A program made the position numbers and the translations under genes. The notes beneath the pieces were generated by a model. It did no database searches. It was given only the letters and a program-made list of their open reading frames with translations, and was not told the origin of the DNA. A stretch of 64,000 nt of DNA from Phoronis australis (lineage: Eukaryota; Animalia; Phoronida), in assembly GCA_002633005.1 (NCBI GenBank), contig NMRA01000812.1, positions 62,001 through 126,000 on the forward strand. The letters run 5' to 3'. Positions 27,061-40,300 of the stretch are shown here, in pieces. Positions within the stretch are counted from its first letter, which is position 1; each line of letters begins with the position of its first letter.

Positions 27061-30000
27061 TATTTTCTTAGTAAATGAAAACTTGTCTGTGCATGTTTCA
27101 CTGCCAACCAATAAATGTATAGGTAATTTAAACGTTTGATTGGGATTCTTTGATGAATGAACTTAACCTCCACACACAAAATTGAGGGCATAGTAATTCT
27201 TCAACTTCAATTATGTCACACAACATTTTCAGGTAAGGTTCATTTCGTTTATGGGCCTACAAAGAATTCTGGGCTTAGAAAAATCAGTTATCTTTACAGT
27301 GATGTATATAAATTGGCAAATGCATTGAGATAATTCCTTGAGGCGCATTTTTAAACTGGATTGATAACCCGAAAATAAGTGGGAGACATTAAATATTAAT
27401 CCAAAATCGATGGAATATCACTAATGTTGGGCTCTGTAATAAAGCAGTGTTTAAATAAACACTCACGCAACCCATATATACATAAAGAGTAGACCCCTAT
27501 GCCTTTGCTTTATGAAGAAAAAAAGAAGCGTCAGTTCCAGTCTTTCTGGTGCGAGCCAGAATAAATCACATTTCGGGTACGTTGAAATGTATTCAGTTTG
27601 GCGTTATAAGTGATTTACATCAGACCCGTGGGCTGACAATGTTCCGTAAGGAGACGTCTCTCGCAAAATAACTATGAAAAAGAAATCTCCTTTATTGGAT
27701 ATTAGACCCGTGATCAACCAAGTCTTATAAGCAGTTTTACATAAACGTTTAACTAAAAATAGGATACTAAATTCTCAAGTTTTGCGAAAGTTACACGGGC
27801 CTTCAAATTCTTTGGTCAAGAAATAATTTTATTCGACAATTTTAGTCTGCGAATTGTCAAGACATTTTTGATAGGCCTACAAATTGATAACTTTGTTTTG
27901 TTATATGATTTGATAGGCATCTTAATTATTTCAATCCACGCAGGATTCTCGTTCGTCTTGTTCCCGCATGCAGTAAGTAATTCCTACTTCATAAATATTT
28001 GTAAGTTCCTTGATATACTACACTATCATTACAGACTTTAAAAGCAGTATTGTTCGTCAAGGATTGAACTTAGGCTTCACTTCGGAGCGCTCCACGCGCT
28101 CAGGGCGCATTCAAACATTTTTAATCTGAAATGTCCTTAGCGAATTGTTTACTGAGCAAGAAAGAATAAATACAATTAGTACAAATTTTACCCATTGTAG
28201 CTATCATGGGCCTTTTTCCCACGGCGTGTGATTTTGTGAAATGGTCTTAGAGTTGATCAAGATTAAAAGCGAAACAATGAAGTATGTTGGGTTGGAATTG
28301 ACTCGTCAACGTGTGTTCTAAGTACCTGTACCACAGACAACTCTCACTGAAATCTTTACTTCCAAGGCCTATCAATAAACTTGGGCAGAAATTTAATCAA
28401 TCAAAACGCGCAGTGTCAAAATTAGTTGACCTAAGAAAAGCTAGCAACGATGCTTGTAGGTCCTCGTTGTATATGTTCAGTTTTAAAGTTATCTATTATT
28501 AAGTGGAGCCAACATTATGCAGCCATCTATTCATTTCTTCATGGATTAGTTCTTACTTCATTACATTCGTTCATGTTTCATTTCCTTGCTTCCTATAGAT
28601 TTGAGTTGACTTGATAGATTCTCTGTTATGTTAAATGTCTACAGGAGTTAGTGAGAGTGATAATCTATTGTATTCTCATACTTGTAGCGGCTTAAATTCT
28701 TAATCCTATAGTCACCAGCCTCTATCTTGACTTGATTCACAAACAACACAGCCCAAGCTTCTCACTCACTGATTAGTTTTGTATTTGGCGGACATTCATC
28801 GAATAAGTTCACTTGCAATATCTTTATACTATCCACGGCTTGGAATTTTCCTCCTTTAAGGTGATTTCCTCTTTTTAGTCATTCAGTTAAGTTTCACAAC
28901 ATCGCACCAGCCTATGTCTTAGTGGAACGATGCATCACCTGGGAAATTTTCCTTTCTTTTGTCATTGGTGATTGCAAGTCCTAGTAATTATCACGCCTGA
29001 AGCTTTTAAAACACGAATATGTTTTTCTCTCTGAAGCACCTCGGTTTTTTAATTCATAAGAAAACCCAAAAACATAAATAATTCTGAATGGAGTCTGTAC
29101 TGAAATGAATTTTGAAAATGAACCTAGCAATTGGGCTGTCCGTCAGTAGATACTTAGCTATATTAATACGTGCCAATACTTTCTGAGAATAACAGCCTGC
29201 CATGTCATTGAGCGAAACTACAACCCGGAAAACTGCCTTTCTCCTCCGTTAGCTGTGCTGTATAGGTCAGCTGAGTGAGCGGTGTGCGCAGTACACAATT
29301 GAAGTACAGTATTAATAGCACCTAACCCACAACGAAGCAGTGACTCGGGAAAAAGCCAGACGCAAATTGACCTTTGTCTAGTGCATGCCCACGTGCCTGT
29401 CAAGGCGTATTCAATTTTCGGATATTCTTGAGATACGATAGAGAATGTCATGAATTGACGAAATAATCATAAACAGTGAAAATAACTTGCATGTACTTAT
29501 CTTTTCATTGTTTCATACCCGCAATGCCTTCGAAAAAAGTCTTCAACTCTCTTTACAAACGACTCTGAGGATCAATGATCTTAATTCAGCGTACAAACCA
29601 CTGTAGACGCACACAAAACGACATTATCCGCCCTCATGTGAACGACTGTCTCCACAGAACGGCCGGGCTCGTACATATGTATGTTAGTACACAAATTTCC
29701 CTTAGATATACGTAATGGTTAATTACTAATGGCAGGTGACTGACCAATTCTAAGTGCACTCTAATTATAACAAGTCTATGAAATCCTCGGTTATAATATT
29801 TTTCGCCACATCTCAATGGCCGGTACTTGTATTATTGCCAGCACGAAACTATATCAGTAACTAACGAACGAACCATTTTTTTGTGGTAAGACAAGGCTTC
29901 TCATCTAATTAAAACAGTTTTTTGTGTTTTGACCAGCGTACGAGAAATTATTAGTATATTCCGTCAGTGGCTGTATTGCACCTAACTGCTAGACCCAACA

Positions 30001-31578
30001 CAAAACACGATTGTTCAGTATAGCCGCTAAGGAAAGCAAGACGGAGACATTCTTTCAGATCACACGGACCAGTCATGGCCTGTATTGATCGCTTTGGCTT
30101 AGCTCCTTTGTGCGAAGATTGCCTCAGGGCTCATTGCTGAACCACCAATTGTACCTCGTCATTGTGCGTAAGTAAAAATATGAAAGCGCTCTGAGGAGCG
30201 AAACTTGGCGAAATTAATCAAAAAAAAACACGTTCGAGAGGAAGAGAAAAGACGACGACAGAGATGATGACGAAGATGACAGCTATGACGACGATGGTGG
30301 CGATAATGGACAACCGTAGTTGTGATATCATTCATATAACGAACGTAGAGGTCAGAAATCACTAAGAAATAGGCTACAGTCTTCAGCGACACTTGGCGAA
30401 ATTAACTGAAGAAAAGACGACGTCGGAGATGATGACGAAGATGACGAATATGATGATGCTGGTGGCCATGATGAAGAACTTCATAACATTCATATGACGA
30501 ATTTAGATGTCATAAATCATTAAGAAATAGGCTGCAGTCTAGTTCAATAGAAGCTAAACCAACCTCAATGCAGCAANNNNNNNNNNNNNNNNNNNNNNNN
30601 NNNNNNNNNNNNNNNNNNNNNNNNNNNNNNNNNNNNNNNNNNNNNNNNNNNNNNNNNNNNNNNNNNNNNNNNNNNNNNNNNNNNNNNNNNNNNNNNNNNN
30701 NNNNNNNNNNNNNNNNNNNNNNNNNNNNNNNNNNNNNNNNNNNNNNNNNNNNNNNNNNNNNNNNNNNNNNNNNNNNNNNNNNNNNNNNNNNNNNNNNNNN
30801 NNNNNNNNNNNNNNNNNNNNNNNNNNNNNNNAAATAAACACAAAACAGTAAGCTATAAACGAGGCATAATTTATCAATGGCCCCATGGACTACTGCAAGG
30901 GGTCACGTACTGCATTGTAAAATTGTGGGGATACTCCAGTTTTTAAAAGATTCTGAGTCACTTCCATTCAGTAGCGTCAAGACGTGATTTATTTGTCGCT
31001 CGTCCACAATATGTTAAATAACCATCACCTCTACACCACTGGATCGAATGAAATCCGCACAGCTAATATTGATACCACGAACTCCGAAGAGAATCACGCG
31101 GCATTCATACCACTTGCAGTCTTTTCCTCCCCCCTCGCCATTGCGAATTGTATGGTGCCGTAGTCATGCCACTCGCAGTCTGTCCTTCAACCTTTCGCCA
31201 TCAATTTTGCGACCGTTCCCGTCGTCAAATGCCAAGTCTAATTTTATTCCTCCCCCGAAAATCCTAGCACTCAATGTAATTAAGAAACATATTCGACACA
31301 AAAGCACAACCTTGACAAAAACCTGCGAGGAAATCAAGCCATGAGTGCAGGTTCAGCGGTCAGTGGTAGCATATGCAGGGGTAACCCCCCCGGACATTTA
31401 ATGACTCAATAACCGCAGTCCAACCGAGTCCAACCTAGGCCAGTCTTAGGTTGAGTCACAACCCCACCGAGTTCAGAACGCGTCCGGGCGAAGCCTGACC
31501 TCACTCCGGTTGAAGGTCACCCGAGGCCTGACTGAGGCTGAAGTGCGTTCGACGGGAAGTTGGTTTCGATCAGCACTG
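25128..31578. mobile_element. Second copy of the satellite-bearing unit (right end ...gatcagcactg|TA)
   Basis: Same terminus as 15556 with a different flank; this flank matches an uninterrupted site at about 25005. Confidence 0.6.
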
Positions 31579-34500
31579 TACAGTGTTAGTGTACACTGCA
31601 TCACTGCATGGCTCTCTTTATTCTCAAGATGTGATAATGTGGGTTGTGACCTCAACCACCTCTCATGGGACTGAGACTGATCCACATGTGGCAGTGGAGA
31701 CACATGTACCGTATTAACCAGAAGAAATAGTTAGGAAACTTTAGTCACAAGACAGCACCAAAATACCCCTCCAACACATTAAAGCTCATTCAGAGAAGAG
31801 AAAATAGCTATGCATGTGCTCAGGAACCTACTGTATAAATAAATGCTCTTATGCTTAACATCAACTGAGTGTGCAATCACTAATTGGTAATTCATTGTGT
31901 TTTGTCAGTGCCTGTTCCATTAGATTTTATCACCTAGGGTTATTTATGTATTTTCTGTTGTTAATGGATTGAAGACAACGAAAAGTAAATATACCCGTAA
32001 ACAACAGTGTGCCTACGCGAAACTTGATTCTTTCTCAAGGCGCGGCCCGGCCTCGGTGTTTTATATCATGAAACACTACGGTAAGTCTATGGTTTTCGAG
32101 GAACTTTTGTTAGTTCTGGGTAATGCCAGTGAACCACAGAGTACTTTTTACTTGTTACTACATCAAGTACTAAACTTTTTGCACCAATTAATCAAAACAA
32201 TTTTTTTCAAATACTAAGAAAATCACTGGCAGCCAAGAATAACCTGCTAGATAGTGCTGTAATCGGGCTTCTGAAAAATATTAACATCTAGGGATTCGTG
32301 ATTCATTAAAAATTTTCTGTGAAATAATAATTTGACTTGTGTTGCTATTTTGTATTGAAATGGATAATAATCAGAATATGGTAGGTTAGGACACTACTAG
32401 TCTGTTTAGACAGCTGGTAACTCTACGTCATAGTTACAAAAGGGTCTTGATCAGCTGGACTTTAAAATCCATAAGAAATACACGGGAACAAACTATAATC
32501 AGTAATTTGAAAGGGAAAAGAGGGTATTACAAAGTTTGATGTTAAACTTGTTATATCAGCGTTAGTGGTGAAAAATTGTCCACGTTTCTTGAGGTTTGAA
32601 GTTTGCCCAGCTCAGACTTATGTTAACGACGATCATTCGGAATCCAATATTTAAACGCGCAAGTCATTTTTAAAGACAAAGTTTCACACCAAAACAATTG
32701 CTTTTCAATACAAATAATAGCACTGTGTGAATCTGTTACACAGGGCAGTTTTTGTCCGCACAGCTTGGTTAATTAGAAAAGCCCAGCAGTAATGACCTTA
32801 TCCGACTTCAGCCAGAGTCAATTCTGAGAACAGGCATATGTGGTTACATAACCGTCTGTGATGTCAGACCAGGCAGACAGCTGTGTATTGAAATGGCTAT
32901 AGCTTGCTTCATATGTTAATTCCTTTCAACTCCATTTGTTGGCATAACTAAATTGTTTTTTTTTTTGCCAACGAGGTGTAAAGACTAGTGTATCACAGAA
33001 AATAAAGCCTAATACAAAATATTACAATTTTCATTCTTCTTCATTTTCAGCAGTGAGTAGGAAGGATGTCACCTTTTAATTTAACCACGTATATAATTGA
33101 AAATTGAGTGGATGTGGCAACCTCAATGACAGAATTACAAGAACACTTGAAATGGAAGTCTTCTGAACTTGTTTTTTTAAATTCATGTGTTTATCTATTG
33201 AAATAATAATAAACCCAAGGTATCAAAAAATATTACCTGAAGATGCCAGCGAACATATTATTTCAGGCGTTCATTATGGCAAGCTAATTCTACCATGCTT
33301 TGGTCACTGAGTCATAGAAATCAAAGAACAAATCATAGGACGATTATGATTTAATCCACAGTTCAAATTATAACAAAGTGCTTCAGGCAGAATTATATAT
33401 TTGGTTTCTACAGTGAAAGACTTTTAAGGTAGTTGAAGGTTACACCTACTGTACATAAGTCAAAACTGAAATAATCTCAGTACAGTAAAGTTGATATGTA
33501 AGTCAAAATGATCAAATCTTTTACCAAAATAAGTAACTTAGAATGTGCAGTAGTTTAGAACATTTAAGCAATTCAAACGTTATCCAACAACAAGACAAAT
33601 TTACATGATATGAAAGTGGATATGCCTAACTATTACCATGGCGACCAGGTATTTCCTTACATTAGAATTCGACAAGCATGATTTGAAAAAATAAAAAGTT
33701 GCATGGAAAAAGGATTGGAGGCTGGAAGCTTCACAATCCAACATGGCCTATTACTCTAATTAAGAGCCTTTACATTTTGGGCCTTGATAACTTGAATTAA
33801 GAATGCAAAAAGTTACAACGCATGTATTAAAATTTAGAAAAATTTGAATTATATTGTGACACATAATCAAACCTTGAAGCGCAATTGACTTTCAAAGAAA
33901 AAAACGATTTCAAAACTTGTCCAACTATTTTTAAGCTGAGTGTATGGTCAACTGAATGGGATATTAACACTACAATAATTACAATATTCCTGATTATTAT
34001 TTTTTGCACAAAAACATAAACATAAACATTGTGCAAAGTTGCTTTTTGTAGCAGCTTTCATCTAAATGTATCAAAATTAAAACTTAACCAAGTACAAAAT
34101 AGCCGATTGAAGATGTCCTTCAAGTTTGTAATGGAATTCATTTCCGCTATCGCATTGGCCAATAGCCTAGGACGACCAGGAATATCCAGATATAGTGCTG
34201 ATTCAAATTTCAGGCTATTTTTCGAAAATCCCGTTCACGTATCTCTTGCTCCGAAAATGGGCCCACGTAGGCTACAGAGGTGTAAGAAGACGTGTTACCG
34301 GTCGCCTGGCGTCTTGCAATGGAATTTTTCACTAAGTTGAGGAGAAATTAGCTCACAATCGGTACGAAACAATGTAACCATTTTTACATCAGGTATGATC
34401 TTAAGAGTGCTTTGGAAGTTGGAAAAAATTATACATAATTATACATTTTTCGCCTGTAAGTAGATGGTTTGAGGTTATTTTCAAACAGTCTCTTCAGTTT

Positions 34501-36504
34501 TTGTAATCCACAAATTATACTTGTGACAACATGAGCATTTGTTTTACGATTGAACGTTTTGCAATTGTTATTTTGTCTCATTGTGAAACGGTGAACATAA
34601 TCATCACTGTCCCATTCCGGTGATGAGACTCTAAGGTCATACTCGCCCGGGCACAGCCGGTCTTTTCCAATTTAAGACCGATGTAGACAATTCATTCCCA
34701 ATGCGACGCAGCGTTTTTTACAAAAGCAAAACTTTGCAATGTGACGTAATATACCTAGCGTAACATGCAGCAAGTGTGTTGGGTATTGTAATGGCCGTCA
34801 TGTTTACGCGTCCATTTGAAGACTGCAAGTTTGAAACCATATATGACCAGTGGCGGATTTAGATTGGGGCCAAGGGGGCCATGGNTCTCGATACCATAAC
34901 TTCAGGGGTACCATAGGAGAAGTAAACTAATTCTATATTTTCGTGCAAGTATAAAAAGAACCACTCTGAATAAGCTTATGTACATACTGCACACTTTATG
35001 TGCATGCCCTAATGAGACTGCAGCCAACAAAGATGACCTTACAGCTTAATACACTAATGTCACATTGTCATAAAATATTCTTTTTTCATGGTAAAATGCC
35101 ACATCTAAATCCATTTGCGACTTTTCGGTTGTAGCTATATACATGTTCAGTCAAACGTTTCATATATGCTTTCAACAACATTAAAGTGAACAGGTCAAAT
35201 ACCAGTTGAGCCATGTGGCCCTAATTGCGTATTGCTTCAACATCCAGTTCCTAGAACCCCATGTACAGTGTTCTGTACAATGAATGTGTCTCTTTACTCT
35301 ATTTCCCCCTTAAAATTCTCCCAGATTCCATTTGGCAGTTCGGGGGGCGAATGTCTGACGGGCAAAATCCTGGCTTACACTCTGCCCTGGCCCACCTAAC
35401 TCAAAAATCCCGGATCAGCTCCTGCATTTAATTCGAGTTTGTGAAAATCATGGGCTCACTACAAATATAACAATCATGGTGCAGACCCGTAGAAAGGTAA
35501 ATTTCATATGCCACCACCTTCCCCATTCTTCCGATGTTGCAAATTTTGTATCGACTCCCCTTGTACAACATCCGTGAAGGTGAATTCGGGGGAGGCGCAC
35601 TGTAAAACTTCGCGAATTTCATTAGTATTTTTACTGTTTTTCAGATAGACAAATGTCGTTAAGTGAAAATTATTATTTGGGGAACGGGTGATTTTCTTTA
35701 CTTCAGCCTGCAACTAAAGTCACTGAAGCATAAACAGTTCTTATCAGCTTAGCTCCTAATCGTCAGAAATTACCTCTCGATGTTAGTATTTTCATAAAGA
35801 TGCCAGTCAGAAACCAACGGGCACTCTCTCCATGAGTGGCACCTTACGAACTAATCACTAAAAACACGAAAAGATGCTCTTTCACTTTCTACATCGGAAC
35901 GCTGTGTAGATCAGGGACGATCTCTGAAGCCATGTGTTCTCGTCACTTACCTAGTTAGAATGATGGAAAAAAATAATCGGTCTCCCTAGAAAAAACATAG
36001 TTGTAAGACCAACACTGACTATTTTTGGAAAAGTTTAGTTTGTAGATTAAAAATAGTTCAAAACCTTGTTAGAACTCATAAAATCTTGTCTACCGTTTGA
36101 TCAGAGACCGTCATTGGGTTCATTGATTTTTTACGTCTTTCAACATAGATATTCCACTAATCAACAATTAGCTATTTACTGATGCCGAGCAGCGAGGATA
36201 TTGTTCTTTTGTTATGCAGCAGTCTTTTCGACGGTCATGTTGATTGATTATTACCGGCGTCACGGCTACAGTGGCCTTTTGAGTCACAGGCCAATTTTTT
36301 GTGTTGCCAGTACTGTTGTTGTCTATTCCAATATTAAAAGAAAGCCTGATGTTTGAAATTAGTGCCTGGTTGAGTATTTTGGAACTTGAAGTGAAATGTT
36401 TAATTTAAGTATTCTCTCGAAGGAATAAAGGAACTCTAAACAGCTGTTTTTTTGTGTAGGCCTATCAGATATCTTTGACTTTGTGAAGGCCTATCATTTA
36501 TCCT

Positions 36505-37300
36505 AAAACTTGGAAAATTCAATTTCTTGTGTAGTAAAAATCGTGTGGTAAACCAAGTATCACCTGAATGGTTGTAAAGCATTGTAAAAGCGTTTTATAC
36601 TACTTTTGAAACACCTCTGAATGCTTTCACACTTGTTTTCTATCCAATTTCAAGTTTAAGCAAGCCGCGTCTATGCTTTAACTTGGAATAATTCGATTTC
36701 TGCTATACAAAAAATCTCTAGGATACCACATATTCTCCAACTAGGTGCAATACGTTGTAAATGCATTTGTACTTGTTCTGTCTAATTCCAAGTTCAAGCA
36801 AGCCACGCCCTTGTTTAAACTTGGAATAATTCAATTTCTCCATTACAAAAAATCGTGTGGTCAATCAAACATTCTCTGACCGGTTACAGTATGTCATGAA
36901 TGTATTTTCTATTACAACTGGAATACCTCTGAATGCATTCGCAGTTGTTTTCTATCCAAGTCCAAGTTCAAGCAAGCCACGCCCTTGCTTAAACTTGGAA
37001 TGATTGTATATTAGCTTTACAAAAAGTCACGTGGTGAACCAAACATTCTCTGACTGGTTACAATATGTTGTAAGCACAATTTTTTCTTATCGTGAGACTT
37101 TACTGAACACGAATTCCAAGTTTAAGCAGGCCACGCCACTGCTTCATCTTGGAATAATTCTGAGTTCGCTTTACAAACCTTAGATGTATGTCGTGAATCA
37201 AGCATTCGCTGACATATTACAAGACATTATGAGCAATGTTTTCTGTCCTTGTAAATTGTCGGCGATTAATTTTTAGCCAATGCCAAGTTTAAACGATGAC
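36505..37300. repeat. Degenerate 140-175 bp tandem repeat, each unit carrying a 16-17 bp stem hairpin
   Basis: Variants of tccaagttcaagcaag-ccacgcc-cttgcttaaacttgga at about 36648, 36786, 36961 and 37114. Confidence 0.8.
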
Positions 37301-40300
37301 TGTAGAAAAATAACGCAGCAGTAAACCGGTTCTAACGTACAAATAAAACTCACGTTTGGCCCAGTTGCGCGCCAAACAAAAGCTCCTTCACATTTATTGT
37401 AAAAACACTGACAGCAATCTCTGATTGGCTGATATGTCAGTGGTTGAAAGGGTATCGACTGCTTATCAGATAGTGCTGCTCCATATTGTGGCATTGACTT
37501 GATACAGTTTACATAGCATTTTATCATTGTATCACCGGCTCTTGTTATTTACTGTTTGTCAGTGTGGTAAAAGGTTCGCCTTTTTGTATGGCACCTGGTT
37601 GTTCGAACTCTTCAAAAAAGGTATCGTCTATGGGGAGGGACATAGGATACCATCCGTTGACCTTGCCTTGGTGTAAAGCTGCATGCTAAATTAATTCAAA
37701 ACAAAATACTGTTCCCTTTAGTAAGCAAACATGGAATAATTGTCTGTTCATTTTCCAAAAATCAGTGGTGAAGTAAGCTTTCTCTCGCAGATTACAACCT
37801 GTAAACGCAATTCCTGTTCTTTAGACTACTCTTACGTGTTAGCAATCGTCGTCTACAAAATTCCAAATTTAACCAGTACTTAGAACAATACTGGATTTCA
37901 CACTTTCATTTAAAAAAGAAATTAATAGCTTCGATGAGACACTTTCATAGCCTAACAGTGAAATCCTCGAGTTGGAAGCTCAGGGGGTCACAGAAAACAT
38001 GTTCTCCATGTTAGTGCAGGTGGACCGGAGTGACTGCACCTGATAGATGTTACGACGAAAATGGTGGATAGTTTTTAAAGATATTTAAAAATAAGTATGC
38101 GACGTTGTTTTAACGATATCTGCATGGACAGGTCTAAATTTTTATCTTCTCCAACATACAACCTAATTACAATACAGCATAAATCATTCTGTGTAATGTA
38201 CAAAGACTAGCATACAGTATTTNTTGTTATTTACTGTTTGTCAGTGTGGTAAAAGGTTCGCCTTTTTGTATGGCACCTGGTTGTTCGAACTCTTCAAAAA
38301 GGTATCGTCTATGGGGAGGGACATAGGATACCATCCGTTGACCTTGCCTTGGTGTAAAGCTGCATGCTAAATTAATTCAAAACAAAATACTGTTCTCTTT
38401 AGTAAGCAAACATGGAATAATTGTCTGTTCATTTTCCAAAAATCAGTAGTGAAGTAAGCTTTCTCTCGCAGATTACAACGGTAAACGCAATTCCTGTTCT
38501 TTAGACTACTCTTACATGTTAGCAATCGTCTTCTACAAAATTCCAAATTTAACCAGTACTTAGAACAATACTGGATTTCACCCTTTCATTTAAAAAAAAA
38601 ATTAATAGCTTCGATGAGACACTTTCAAAGCCTAACAGTGAAATCCTCGAGTTGGAAGCTCAGGGGGTCACAGAAAACATGTTCTCCATGTTAGTGCAGG
38701 TGGACCAGAGTGACTGCACCTGATAGATGTTACGACGAAAATTGTGGATAGTTTTTAAAGATATTTAAAAATAAGTATGCGACGTTGTTTTAACGATATC
38801 TGCATGGACAGGTCTAAATTTTTATTTTCTCCAACATACAACCTAATTACAATACAGCATAAATCATTCTGTGTAATGTACAAAGACTAGCATACAGTAT
38901 TTTTCACACTACACTACACAATGTCGTAATTTGGCAAGGTTAATAAAATACATGTTTCTTTTCGAATAGAATCCAATTCGATTCTAGCTAAATCTCAACA
39001 AAAACAACTTATTCCGTAAGTCCATTCACAAACAAACAGTTAACGACTAGAAACAATGTCACATTCAACGTAAACTGACAAATTATTCTGGTAAGAAATG
39101 TATCTAAATTTGGAAGTCTTGGAGACTGCTGATGAAGTCTGTCTAGTTTATTTTGAAATCCTTTGGTACATGCACCTTTAAGCAACAACGCAACATCCCG
39201 ACTTGCGCACATATTCTGCTGCAGTGGTCAATAATAATTATTTGATGATAACTCTGGGCAGACTCGATGGGATGAGTGTTTTGTATGGTATTCATTTTAA
39301 AAGCAATCTACCCCCCTACACACTTATTATAACCTTTGGCAATTGCAGTATTGCAATAAATGCTCATTCGACAAATGGTTTAATTTTTTCGATGCTTGCT
39401 TTCTGCATGCTATGTGGAGTTTTGAAATGCACTTACGATTGCAACGCAATTCCAGCAGTGTTTTTAGTATCATAAAGATGGTCAACAGATGGTGCATCCG
39501 AATTGAGAAGGTGGAGTCATCTCTGTAAAACACAACTATTTGCCAAATTTCATGTAAATATGCCAGCCAACTCCCAAAGGCAAACGTAAACAAACTGACA
39601 TTCGGGTGCACAGTAGATGTTATCTCAATAAAAGGTTCAGGTTCCATTTTTGCCTAGATTGTGTCCTAAGTGTACTTCAAAGGAAAAAATTGTTAAACTT
39701 CAAGAATAATAAGCAAGAATTATTAATATTTTCACACCCCATATTTTCGGGTGGCATCAGGTGATACATAGTTACATCTAAAATGCTCTCTGTCCCCGAC
39801 CAAGGTTTGAGCCTAGGACTTTCTGNGTTATCACAATAAAAGGTTCAGGTTCCATTTTTTACTAGATTGTGTCCTAAGTGTACTTCAAAGGAAAAAATTG
39901 TTAAACTTCAAGAATAGTAAGCAAGAATTATTAATATTTTCACACCCCATATTTTGGTGGCATCAGGTGATACATAGTTACATCTAAAATGCTCTCTGTC
40001 CCCGACCAAGGTTTGAGCCTAGGACTTTCTGATGACCTGTTAGCCAACACCTGATGTGATCAACATATGGCCCATGTGAAGACCAATAGTTATATGATAT
40101 TCAATGAGCAGTAAAAGAACAATAATCAATCATCAGGTTAAGGTTATCATTGACAGATCCTAGACAAATGTTCAAACTTAGTAAAGCTGAAAACATATCT
40201 TACAAATGGCTGATAAGATTCCAATAGAAACTTTCAGATTTTGTACTTGATGCACTGTTCCCCATCAGGCTTTTAGAGATTGTTTTTTGACTGATCTACT

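Noticed and set aside
35428-35713. Overlapping short minus-strand ORFs
   Set aside because: No recognisable motif or splice context.
36505-37300. CRISPR-like array
   Set aside because: Eukaryotic context, no cas genes, and the spacers are long, variable in length and homologous to one another.
39790-40030. tRNA-like 3' fragments (also near 37560 and 38240)
   Set aside because: Only degenerate B-box or acceptor-like pieces with no cloverleaf; at most SINE remnants.
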